59,511 nt of DNA, from positions 1 through 59,511 of the IMG/VR virus record IMGVR_UViG_3300003332_000138, one strand, 5' to 3'. This document shows positions 27,764-37,238 of this stretch, piece after piece. The DNA is from a virus. Lineage: Duplodnaviria; Caudoviricetes. Both the position numbers and the translations under genes were made by a program. Below the pieces are notes generated by a model. That model had not been told where the DNA came from, did no database searches, and saw nothing but the letters and a program-made list of their open reading frames with translations. The first letter of the stretch is position 1; each line of letters starts with the position of its first letter.

Positions 27764-28111
27764 GTGCATACTCTGATTGGCTCTATGGACAACGACCTTT
27801 GCGAGAAGGTCGTTGAAGTTCTTGCCAGGTCTGTTGAGATTTCTGGAGACAAGCAGACCGTGAGCGAATTGTTGCGTGAAATTGTAGAGCACAGGGAAGG
27901 TAACAAGAAGATACTGGAGCTTACTCATTCTGTAAGATGCAATCAGTGTGGTGGCAATGTCCGTATTATGCCTGTTAACACATCTCTTGGAGACAATATA
28001 GGTTATGGGTACAAGTCTGCAATTCTTTGCACTGACAGTACCTGCTTGCACTGTGAATATCACCCATTCCCCCCACATGAAACAGTTAAGAGGTTCGGAC
28101 TATGCCATTAG
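27764..28111 (+). CDS. Cys-rich hypothetical protein
   Basis: CNQCGG...C....C..C; fills gap. Confidence 0.5.
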   Translation: MHTLIGSMDNDLCEKVVEVLARSVEISGDKQTVSELLREIVEHREGNKKILELTHSVRCNQCGGNVRIMPVNTSLGDNIGYGYKSAILCTDSTCLHCEYHPFPPHETVKRFGLCH

Positions 28112-31110
28112 AAGGCTGGCCATCAAAAAAGGCGATTACGTTAACTATTCCACCTCAACCAGAGGAGTTACTCAACTATCCTCTATTGGTCGCTGTCAAT
28201 GGATCTATGGGGATTGATGACCTTAATGGGTCACCAATGGCATTGGATATCTCTGACACTCCCCTTAGGTTGGCTGCATACGACGTTGATAATGACAAAG
28301 AGTGTCGAGTCGAGCTGTGCTCGTTTGGGGATAAGTTTGTTCTTAGGGTTAGAGTCCCGGTTGTATCTGCCGTTAGTGATACGAAAATCAGGTTGTATTA
28401 CGATTCTGATCATATTGACAATAATATTGTTTCGTTAGAAGATACGGATATTGTTTGTCTTGTTGAGGGTACGGTGCCTGAAGCCCTTGGCGGTGTTGAT
28501 TTTTTTGAGGCCATTTCTGATGATCTGCTTACTGCAGGTACGGCATCTTACGGGCTCAATGCGAGGTATGATGTACTTAAGTATACCCAGTCTTTTTATG
28601 CTGTTGGTAATATTGGTATGGATGTTCCGTATAACGATGATCTTAATCTGCGGTTAAATGATTGGACTATCGAGGTTTGGATCAACATGGCTGGTGTTAC
28701 CGGTGTTCAGCGAATACTGGGTAAGGCGCAAGATACCAATCTGCGTGAGCAGTATTATGTGTATATAGAATCAGATCGTAGGGTGCGATTGACACTGAGT
28801 AGTGGGGCTGATGGTGGTATTACTAATTATACCACAGGGGTGGTGCCTGCCTCAGGTTGGACTCATCTAGCTTTTGAGCGTTATGGTGATATCATAGCGA
28901 TGTATATAGACGGGGTGCTTGATAAGTCGTTTGGGTACAGCAATAATATTTATTCCGGGATTGAATATGATCTTGGTGTGTGTACTACAAGTTATAACAA
29001 CACTGATAATTTCAATGGTGCTCTTGATCAATTACTGATTACGCTTCGTGGTAAGTATGGCCTCGCCGGTTTTACGCCTCCATCATATCCTCTGTCCCTG
29101 AAAAATATTGAAGCAACACAAAGCAGGAAAAGGGATCCGTCGTTTGTCTGGGACGATAATGTTGTGTTGATGCAAAGTTGTGCTGTTGCAATTGACCGTA
29201 AGGCTACTTTTGTTGATACTGTGCTTTATGCTAGTGAGGTGTCTTCTGCATATTTTAATGACGATCAATACGGGTATAAAGATGTTATTTTTGGAGATCG
29301 TGATCTGAGTGGGCTGACCAAGGATAATGGTGTCTTGAAGATTGATGTGTACTTTTCAGATACCTCGAACAATATACAGGCTTTCTTTTTTGAGGTTGGG
29401 TCTACTGCGAGTCGTGGGGATTATGAGTGGCGGCACCATTTCACAGATAAATCTTATGGTGGGTACAATAATGATCTAGTAGAAGGTGGTCGGTCTCTGC
29501 GTAACTCTGATGTCAATAGCTTCTCTGGAAGGTTGAGTACTACATACACAACATTGTATATACCTTTTTCTACATTTAGCACAACAGGTGAAAATGAGCT
29601 TGATGTTGCATTGATAAATCGTCTTACGTTTGGTTTCCTAATTTGCGGCACGAGCGGCACAAGGATGGCAAAGGTAAAAAATGTTGAAATAGTAAAACTT
29701 GACAATATTCCACAGACAAAGCCAGCAGGGTCGTTGGCTACCCAGTTTGGTGGTGTTGTCGATACTGACTTTGATGTAACAAATGCTGTGCCAGAGCTAC
29801 AATTGTCAGGGACATCTGGGCTCTCTCTCACAGATTCAGGTGACGCTGATTTGATAGCGACATTTTCCATTCAGGCGGTGATTCGTCCCACAACCTTGCT
29901 GGATAATTCTGCAACCGTAGATAGTGTTATCGTTTCAAGACGTGAGCATCCTACGGCTTCAGTAGCCTCGTATGCGCTTGTAATCAACCCCGACGGTCAA
30001 CTTGAGCTAAAGACCGGAGCAGGAACAGTTAAGTCTACCAAAGCATCTTGGTCTGCTGGGCAGGAGTACTTTGTTGTGGCAACCTATGACGAGAACGGTG
30101 CAGCACCAATCGCTGAGTTGTGGGTCGATGGCACTAAAGAGACTCTTGCTACAAATACCCCTGCAGTGATGGTTGGAGGGGATAACGAAACGCTGGTTGG
30201 TGCGCTGGACACTTCTGGCACGGATGGTTTTGAAGGGTCTGTACGCAACGTCGTGATCTCTGACGAGGTTTTGTCCGACGGCTGGATTCAGACATCATAC
30301 TTAAATGAAACAGACGCTTTGTTTTCTGCAGCATTCCCTCAGATAGCTGTTGACCTTCCGAGTTTATATGCTGTCCTCGATGGTGTATACGGTGAGGACA
30401 TTGCAGGGACAATGTTGTCTATGACAAGTGATTTGATAGGTACTGAGGTCTTTATCGGTACTGTTGCCGCAGAACTACCTTCCCTGACCGCTTCAATCCA
30501 TAAAGAGTTTGTTCCTGATAGGATATTAACTGCGGATCTACCGAGCATGTCTGCTCACGTTGTGACGGGGCGAAGAATCGTTGCAGAACTTTTAGGCATG
30601 AAAGGTTCTCTAGTAGGGCAAGTTGGCAGGCGTGGTGATATAGCAGGAACAATATCATCCTTAACGGCAAAATTCTATTCAGGAAACCTGCTCAAATCTG
30701 ATCTCCCAAGGTTATACGCTGGTATTAAGGGTTCAAATGAGATCATCGCAAGAATGTCAGGAACGATTAAGCCGATTGAGTGCACTATAAGTGGAGACAG
30801 TGAAATTCTCTCTCAGATAGATGCGAGCCTCAGGGGCATGTATTCAACTGGACATATAACAAATGGTGCTGTCGGATCTATCGCCGGAATCATGCCATCA
30901 ATAGGGAGTGACCTGGAAGGCATTCGCGGCATCGTCGCTGAACTTGTTGCTAGAAGATTGCCAAGGATGAAAGCTAGATTAGGGGCAGACTTTTCAGCAG
31001 CTGGTGATCGTGAGATCCACGCAACACTCCCTTCTCTTGATGGAAGTTTGGGCGAATGGGCTGATCAGGAGTTTATTGTTCTTAGGCACGAAAGAGGGGT
31101 TATCCGGTAA
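28102..31110 (+). CDS. LamG/ConA-domain tail or receptor-binding protein (DUF2341-like N-terminus)
   Basis: DWTIEVWIN, WTHLAFER, MYIDG, FNGALDQL; second LamG (LWVDG); LP.L repeats at C-terminus. Confidence 0.8.
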   Translation: MPLEGWPSKKAITLTIPPQPEELLNYPLLVAVNGSMGIDDLNGSPMALDISDTPLRLAAYDVDNDKECRVELCSFGDKFVLRVRVPVVSAVSDTKIRLYYDSDHIDNNIVSLEDTDIVCLVEGTVPEALGGVDFFEAISDDLLTAGTASYGLNARYDVLKYTQSFYAVGNIGMDVPYNDDLNLRLNDWTIEVWINMAGVTGVQRILGKAQDTNLREQYYVYIESDRRVRLTLSSGADGGITNYTTGVVPASGWTHLAFERYGDIIAMYIDGVLDKSFGYSNNIYSGIEYDLGVCTTSYNNTDNFNGALDQLLITLRGKYGLAGFTPPSYPLSLKNIEATQSRKRDPSFVWDDNVVLMQSCAVAIDRKATFVDTVLYASEVSSAYFNDDQYGYKDVIFGDRDLSGLTKDNGVLKIDVYFSDTSNNIQAFFFEVGSTASRGDYEWRHHFTDKSYGGYNNDLVEGGRSLRNSDVNSFSGRLSTTYTTLYIPFSTFSTTGENELDVALINRLTFGFLICGTSGTRMAKVKNVEIVKLDNIPQTKPAGSLATQFGGVVDTDFDVTNAVPELQLSGTSGLSLTDSGDADLIATFSIQAVIRPTTLLDNSATVDSVIVSRREHPTASVASYALVINPDGQLELKTGAGTVKSTKASWSAGQEYFVVATYDENGAAPIAELWVDGTKETLATNTPAVMVGGDNETLVGALDTSGTDGFEGSVRNVVISDEVLSDGWIQTSYLNETDALFSAAFPQIAVDLPSLYAVLDGVYGEDIAGTMLSMTSDLIGTEVFIGTVAAELPSLTASIHKEFVPDRILTADLPSMSAHVVTGRRIVAELLGMKGSLVGQVGRRGDIAGTISSLTAKFYSGNLLKSDLPRLYAGIKGSNEIIARMSGTIKPIECTISGDSEILSQIDASLRGMYSTGHITNGAVGSIAGIMPSIGSDLEGIRGIVAELVARRLPRMKARLGADFSAAGDREIHATLPSLDGSLGEWADQEFIVLRHERGVIR

Positions 31111-31586
31111 TGAACATAAAAAAAGCTACTATTGATTTGAATCTGAAGATAAGGGCAGGCGCACAATACAGCGACTCATTTGAGTTTACGTCAATGGTTA
31201 AGTTTGGCGATAAATTTATAGGCACGAAAGATACAGGGTTGTTTGAAATTGGTGGAGATAGTGACGATGGCGTTAATATTGATGCATATTTCATCCCGCT
31301 AAAAACAGACTTTGGATTAGCCAATCCCAAAAGGATGAGGTTTGGATATTTTGGTTTTAAGTCAGCCAGTGACTTGTCACTTGAAGTGTCAACAGATGAT
31401 GAGTCTCCACGGTCATATACTGTTTCTGCTCGTTTGTCTGGGCAGCAGGGTGGAAGAAAGTCGATAGGGAGGAATGGTAAAGGCCGCTACTGGTCTTATA
31501 AAATAGGAAATACAAATGGAGCAGACTTCTCGTTTGATTCGTTAAAAGTTTTACCTGTAATTCTCAGTATGGGACGTAATGGCTAA
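31110..31586 (+). CDS. Virion structural protein
   Basis: TDFG....KR, GR..KGRYW. Confidence 0.6.
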   Translation: MNIKKATIDLNLKIRAGAQYSDSFEFTSMVKFGDKFIGTKDTGLFEIGGDSDDGVNIDAYFIPLKTDFGLANPKRMRFGYFGFKSASDLSLEVSTDDESPRSYTVSARLSGQQGGRKSIGRNGKGRYWSYKIGNTNGADFSFDSLKVLPVILSMGRNG

Positions 31587-33927
31587 CAGGCTACCAATAT
31601 CTACCAGTTACACTCCTGGTTTAGAGGATTATTGCAGAACATTCCAGGGCTTCGCTGAAAGTCAGATGAATATCCTTGAGAATCAGATGAGTTTTCGGAG
31701 TTTGGAACAAGGATCCAGACAAGTGCGTCCCGTAGATGGTGTTAAGATTGACTGTACAGTCAACAATAACATACGACAGATAAAAATATCAGTTACCGAC
31801 GAACCTCTTGAAGCAGAAACCGGTGAATGGGAGGTGTTTGTTGAAGAAGCTGATCTTAGATTCTTTATCCGTGTCGGTATGCCAGATGACATTTTGTACG
31901 ATGGAGTTGGCTTTGTTATTGGTGATTCAACCAGATATTACTGGTTTGACTTCAAGTATGGACCAGGTGAAAACGAACTGCACTTTTGGTATCCAGGGGA
32001 GATTGTTAGTGAGGTTATCGATGAACTTGAAAAAAAGGCGTACTATATTGTCGCCCCCTTTCTTGACCCTGTAGTCAGGTTGCAAGTGGCAACTCTGCCA
32101 TTCTACACGTATCAGGAATATGTAAGATCCTTTGAGATGACAGATAGACACGCTGAAGAACAGTCTGATGGTGAAGAGTTTTGGACGCAAAGGCTGGTTG
32201 CCGGCTATCATTATGTTTCATACAACAGGATGTTTGCTGTCCACCCCCAAAATACAATATTCCCTCCATCGGGGCCACATCTAGTAGATCCTCTTCGGGG
32301 AGTAACCATGGAACCCCAGAATAGGATGCATTACAACAAAGACGACAGGTCTTTAGTCTGGTACCACGCAACTCAAATGTGGGGTGGAGATGAAAGTACT
32401 TGTGCCGTGACCTCTAGAGCAACCGGATGTCTAACTGGCAAATTCTTCAAGCTCAAGGTTGCCATGATACAGGATGAGCTCACCGGGGTGTGGTTTGAAG
32501 GGTGGACTCACGAATCGTATAACTCTTTCTCTGTTAATGGTTTTGACTCAACAGGGTTTGGATATGGTGAGTCTATAGTTGGGCTTTGCATGTATGAGCC
32601 AGTTGGCGTGCAAGCGGATATTGTTTTTTTTGATAAAGGTAGGGCAGTTATGCATATCCCTTACCAGCATCAATTATATGAATTTGAGTACAGGGCTTCA
32701 GGTGACGGGGAAGAAACTACTTACTCTTTGTATTCATGTGATGAAATTCCATCTGACCCAGATGGCTTCAATGAAAAAGCTAAAGGTATGAAGTTCGAGG
32801 TTGACGGCCTTGTCCTTTACAATACGGCACAATGTTATGATCAACATGGAAGTGGTTCTACTATTATTGTTGCAGATAAAGATGAAACGACTGTCTTTAA
32901 TTGGATAGGTGAAGCAGAGGAATATCCTCCGTGCGGGGAAATCGAGGATGTTGATTGTTATGATGCTGATCTTTATATGCATAGGTATGAGAAGACTAGG
33001 TATGAGAAGACTGTTTCTGATTCTCCACCCAATTGGACTGATATTAACATTTTCACAATGTCTGGTACGAAATACTCTTTCCAAAAGTATGATGGAAGCC
33101 ATCCAGAAACCTATGCATGGGAGATGAATATAGTTGGTGAGTGTTGTGGTTGTGTTGTTCCTATAACATCTCACTGCAGTATTGCATGTGTGACTCGTAG
33201 TATGACTTCAAGAAATAGTCTTTCTGTGTCGTCTGGTGCTCTTGGAACTATTGTAGATATGTCTGTTCCATGCCAAAATGTAACTATTACAAATAGTATA
33301 GAGAAAAGGACTGAAAATATTAGCATTAGTGCTTTTGCCAGCTTTGGCGGGGCATGTCCTGCAGACACACCTTTTTGCGGTGATAGTTGGAATCCGAGAT
33401 TCAGTTCCGATGACTGCAAAACAGACTTTGGGTATCTGATCAGTTGCGCAAACGATGGTGAGCCGTTGAATTTTGGAACAGGCTACTTTGGAGAAAACCA
33501 CACTGGATGGCCAACTGATTATGAATTTATTAACCCTCTTGATGACTTTGAAGATCTTGGTGTCTTCCCTTTTGAACTACCAAGTCTGGAGTTTTACAGA
33601 TATATTTTTGGTACTATTCAGTGGAAAACTCCTGACAATTGGGTCTCAAATGAGACCTCTACAGAAGTTTTAAACGAGCTTGATATCGACGTTCCTGGCG
33701 TACATACTCTTCCAGCTGACGAAGTTCTCAAGATGCGTATTCTTGACGATAGAGATAGTGTCGATTCTCAAGGGATAATGACAGCAATTCAAATGTTTCC
33801 AGAACATTTGCCGCACAAGGTCTATCACGATGGAACAGAGATCTATGCTGACATTATAGATAAAATGGTTGAGCAGGGAATATTCAATACTGAAACAGAT
33901 ATGGTTCACGACTTTGGACTTTTATAG
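31579..33927 (+). CDS. Large acidic Cys-containing protein, probably tail-associated
   Basis: 782-aa ORF in tail operon. Confidence 0.6.
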   Translation: MANRLPISTSYTPGLEDYCRTFQGFAESQMNILENQMSFRSLEQGSRQVRPVDGVKIDCTVNNNIRQIKISVTDEPLEAETGEWEVFVEEADLRFFIRVGMPDDILYDGVGFVIGDSTRYYWFDFKYGPGENELHFWYPGEIVSEVIDELEKKAYYIVAPFLDPVVRLQVATLPFYTYQEYVRSFEMTDRHAEEQSDGEEFWTQRLVAGYHYVSYNRMFAVHPQNTIFPPSGPHLVDPLRGVTMEPQNRMHYNKDDRSLVWYHATQMWGGDESTCAVTSRATGCLTGKFFKLKVAMIQDELTGVWFEGWTHESYNSFSVNGFDSTGFGYGESIVGLCMYEPVGVQADIVFFDKGRAVMHIPYQHQLYEFEYRASGDGEETTYSLYSCDEIPSDPDGFNEKAKGMKFEVDGLVLYNTAQCYDQHGSGSTIIVADKDETTVFNWIGEAEEYPPCGEIEDVDCYDADLYMHRYEKTRYEKTVSDSPPNWTDINIFTMSGTKYSFQKYDGSHPETYAWEMNIVGECCGCVVPITSHCSIACVTRSMTSRNSLSVSSGALGTIVDMSVPCQNVTITNSIEKRTENISISAFASFGGACPADTPFCGDSWNPRFSSDDCKTDFGYLISCANDGEPLNFGTGYFGENHTGWPTDYEFINPLDDFEDLGVFPFELPSLEFYRYIFGTIQWKTPDNWVSNETSTEVLNELDIDVPGVHTLPADEVLKMRILDDRDSVDSQGIMTAIQMFPEHLPHKVYHDGTEIYADIIDKMVEQGIFNTETDMVHDFGLL

Positions 33928-33937
33928 GGGGTAAGAT

Positions 33938-35854
33938 ATGTCATTTGTACCGCAAGTACCAAGTGTATCTTTTGGGGGATCTGGTGCGTATCAGATCGTT
34001 AATGATCACTTTGATAACACCACTGCTTACGCTGATTCAGCGTTTAGTTTGGCACAGAATTATGCTTTGGAGTTGTCAAGCTTAATTAAGGATCTGGTTG
34101 TACCTGACACATCAGGACTTGACGTTGCTAGTCCATACGTCCCAGAGATAGACTACAGCTCCAGGCCTACTTTGGGGAGTGTTACTATCCCTGACGAATG
34201 GCCTGATGCACCACCATCACAACCTGTATTGGCAATCCCTCCTACGCTTCCTGAAATTAATATGCCAGTGATGAGTTTTTCACCTCCTGCGTGGGATTCT
34301 CCTGACAAACCGACAAAAGACAACATAACAACACCAGGGGATGTCCCTGTGTTGCTTCAGCCTGATGTTCCGGTAGCACCAAGTATTGTCTTACCTGATG
34401 CACCAAACCTGCAGGATATTATATTACCTTCTCCTCCATCGATAACTTTGCCGGAGTTTAGCGGAACACTTCCAGATGATGTCCTTACACCACCCGCAGA
34501 ATTCAACTGGGAGGAAAGCCCGTACAATTCGGATGTATGGTATCCACTGCTTGATAACGTCCTTGATGGGCTGCAGAACGGTGGAACGGGTCTTGCCCCA
34601 GAAGTTGAGGCAGAGATCTGGAGCAGGGCTAAAAACAGAACAGCCATCGAGAATGATAAGGCTTTGCAAAATGTACGCGATACCTATGGGGCTAAAGGCT
34701 ACGACCTTCCCCCAGGTGCATTAGCAAGTGCCGAGACTGAAATTCATAAAACTATTGTTCGTAGTGACACAGATCTTAGTTCAGATATTGCAGTGAAACA
34801 GGCAGAACTTGCCAAGGAACATACACAGTTTATTACAGAGAAGGGTATTAATCTTGAAGGCATTTTGAGAGATTTTCATAATACCCAAGCGAATAGAACT
34901 CTTGACGCTGCACGGGAACTTGCGAATGGTGGCATTGCTGTATTTAATGCGAAAGTAGCTGCTTTTTCTGTGAGAATCGAAAGGTACAAGGCTGAGGCTA
35001 TTGCCTATGACTCAAGGGTTAAGGCTGCACTTACCGAAATTGAGATATTTAAGGGTATGGTTGAGTCGGCAAAGGTTTCTTCGGACATACAGAAAAATCT
35101 GGTGGACATTTATGAGGCGCAGATATCGGCCCTTGATACTCGTGTGAAGATGTATGCAACACAGATGGAGAGTGTGAAAATAGCAGCTGAAATAGAGCAG
35201 ACAAAGCTTGAGACTTTCAAGCTTGAGACTGAGGCCTATATTGCTCGTATGCAGGGTGAAAAGATAAAATTTGATCTGTACGGCACTGAGGTTGAAGCGG
35301 AAAAGGTAAAGGCTCAGACATATGCGGAACAAGTGAGATCTTTTGTCGCAGAGGTTGAGGCGAAGAGGACAGAGTCTGATCTGAATATCGCAAAACTTGA
35401 CACTGTCCTAAAATCTAATCAGCTACTCATTGAAGGCTACAGAGGTGAGTTGAGCGGTTATGTGGCTGAAGTTGACGCTGCCAGTAAAAAGGTCAGTGCT
35501 GTGGTAAGTGGATTCACGGCAGAGGTTTCTGGTTACTCTGCGGAGACTGGGGCAATTGAGGCCATGTACAATGCCAAGGTCAAAGAGATCGAGGCCAGTA
35601 TAAGCAGCTCTGGTTTTGAATTGCAAAAAGCTGTTGCCACTATAAATGCTACTACACAAGGTTATGTTTCTATTAACTCATTGAGAGAGAAAGGAACTGA
35701 GGGCATTATGAGTGTTGAGGCTCAACTTGCTGCAGCAGCCATGAATGCTGTCAATACGTCAGCATCTCTTGGTACAAGCTATGATGAGAGTTTTAGTAAG
35801 AGGTTGTCTCACAGTATGCAGCTGGGTGAGTCGCATACTTATCAAGAGAAGTGA
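33938..35854 (+). CDS. Virion protein: Pro-rich region plus long coiled coil
   Basis: GGTGL...E..IW.RA, G..LP.G motifs; heptad-rich. Confidence 0.65.
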   Translation: MSFVPQVPSVSFGGSGAYQIVNDHFDNTTAYADSAFSLAQNYALELSSLIKDLVVPDTSGLDVASPYVPEIDYSSRPTLGSVTIPDEWPDAPPSQPVLAIPPTLPEINMPVMSFSPPAWDSPDKPTKDNITTPGDVPVLLQPDVPVAPSIVLPDAPNLQDIILPSPPSITLPEFSGTLPDDVLTPPAEFNWEESPYNSDVWYPLLDNVLDGLQNGGTGLAPEVEAEIWSRAKNRTAIENDKALQNVRDTYGAKGYDLPPGALASAETEIHKTIVRSDTDLSSDIAVKQAELAKEHTQFITEKGINLEGILRDFHNTQANRTLDAARELANGGIAVFNAKVAAFSVRIERYKAEAIAYDSRVKAALTEIEIFKGMVESAKVSSDIQKNLVDIYEAQISALDTRVKMYATQMESVKIAAEIEQTKLETFKLETEAYIARMQGEKIKFDLYGTEVEAEKVKAQTYAEQVRSFVAEVEAKRTESDLNIAKLDTVLKSNQLLIEGYRGELSGYVAEVDAASKKVSAVVSGFTAEVSGYSAETGAIEAMYNAKVKEIEASISSSGFELQKAVATINATTQGYVSINSLREKGTEGIMSVEAQLAAAAMNAVNTSASLGTSYDESFSKRLSHSMQLGESHTYQEK

Positions 35855-35885
35855 TTTTAGTAAATTGTTGGGTATATTCAAATGC

Positions 35886-36022
35886 TGGACTAAATGGGAA
35901 TATGTAATATACTGAATTAACCAAAATTAATAATTCTGTCTACCTGGCTGATCACCGGCAGTGATAGAAGCAATATTCAAGGCACTTGTATGGGAGCTTC
36001 CCGCACAAGTGCCTTTTTTTTT
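35886..36022 (+). promoter_or_regulatory. Late leader 3: promoter TGGACT-N16-TATACT, hairpin CTGG-CTGATCA-CCGG, terminator 35979-36022
   Basis: Stem extended by TTCTGTC/GATAGAA; AAGGCACTTGT...ACAAGTGCCTT plus T tract. Confidence 0.8.
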
Positions 36023-36040
36023 GCAAAATGGAGATATGTC

Positions 36041-37237
36041 ATGGCTGAGAAAGAAAAGAGAAAACGTGAACCAAATTTTACGCCTGTGAGTAGTGAAGAT
36101 TATGCCGCTATTCGTTCAGGAAAAAAACCGGTCGGATTTGGTGCTAGGGCAAAACAGATCCAAGCTGCGCAACCATCTGTCTCACAAATAGCAGATACTG
36201 CCAATAAGACTCTCGTTGATCCTCTGTTGGAACCGGTTAAGAGCGCAGGCAGAGCATTTTTTAAAGGGACTGGAATTGAAGAAGATTTCAACAGAAATAA
36301 TGAAACCCGAAGACAAAGGTCACAACCGGAACGTGGAGCCATAACAGTTGGTGAGGCGAGTAAATTGGAATCACCAATACCTTTTGTTGGTGGAGCAAGA
36401 CCGGTGCCGGTTGTGCAGGGCACGCAGTCAGTAGCGCAACCTGTTATCGAGCAAGGGGAAAATAAAACTTCACTTACCGGAAACAATGTCAGTGGACCTG
36501 AAATAGTACAGGACGTAGCCGATAATGGTGACAAAACGTATTCATTAACTCAGGACGATGGTGGCTATGGAACTATGACTGTCCATGGTAACGATCGTTC
36601 GACAGGATTTGGAGCTGTGCGGCAATCTCCAGCGCAAAAGGAAGCACAGGCCATGACAGAAAGGTTTCAATCTGCCGTGCAACGTACTCCTGAAGGTGAT
36701 GAGGCTCGTAGACAGCAACATGCCGAGTGGCTTGGTAGGCAATCTGGCGGGGCTGTTGGTGGGGCGAGGGCAAGAGAAGAGTATTTGAGAAGAAAAGAAG
36801 GTCTTGAAAAAGAAAAAGTTAGGACAGACCGGGAGTCGTCACTTGCGAATCGGGAAATCGATGTTCAGGAAGGTGAAATCAAACAGAATGCTGATGCAGC
36901 TGCCGCCACAGAGGCAGGGATAAACAGCAGGTTCGACAAAGAGATTGAGTATAAAAAATCAACAGCATCAAGTAATTCTGCAACGCTGTCACCAGCGGCT
37001 CAATTAAAAGGCCGGATGGCGATTAGGAAGCAACATCAATCCTACGCCAAAGATCAACTTGGGCAGGAGGTGTTAAACTTTGAGGATTGGCTCGGGACTG
37101 TGTATTCACCGGCTGACCTGAACGCTTATGGGCTTTCGGGTAGTGACATGAAAGGGCCATTAGCAGATTTGGAAGAAAATCCTGCACTTGCTTTACAATT
37201 TAAACAGAAATACGGATACCTACCACAAGGTTATTGA
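36041..37237 (+). CDS. Probable DNA ejection (pilot) protein
   Basis: Low-complexity/coiled; C-terminal NP.LA.QFK.KYGYLP recalls P22-family ejection proteins; upstream of giant gene. Confidence 0.6.
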   Translation: MAEKEKRKREPNFTPVSSEDYAAIRSGKKPVGFGARAKQIQAAQPSVSQIADTANKTLVDPLLEPVKSAGRAFFKGTGIEEDFNRNNETRRQRSQPERGAITVGEASKLESPIPFVGGARPVPVVQGTQSVAQPVIEQGENKTSLTGNNVSGPEIVQDVADNGDKTYSLTQDDGGYGTMTVHGNDRSTGFGAVRQSPAQKEAQAMTERFQSAVQRTPEGDEARRQQHAEWLGRQSGGAVGGARAREEYLRRKEGLEKEKVRTDRESSLANREIDVQEGEIKQNADAAAATEAGINSRFDKEIEYKKSTASSNSATLSPAAQLKGRMAIRKQHQSYAKDQLGQEVLNFEDWLGTVYSPADLNAYGLSGSDMKGPLADLEENPALALQFKQKYGYLPQGY

Positions 37238-37238
37238 T

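Noticed and set aside
28102-33927. DGR or invertible tail-fibre system
   Set aside because: No reverse transcriptase, template/variable repeat pair or inverted cassette seen.
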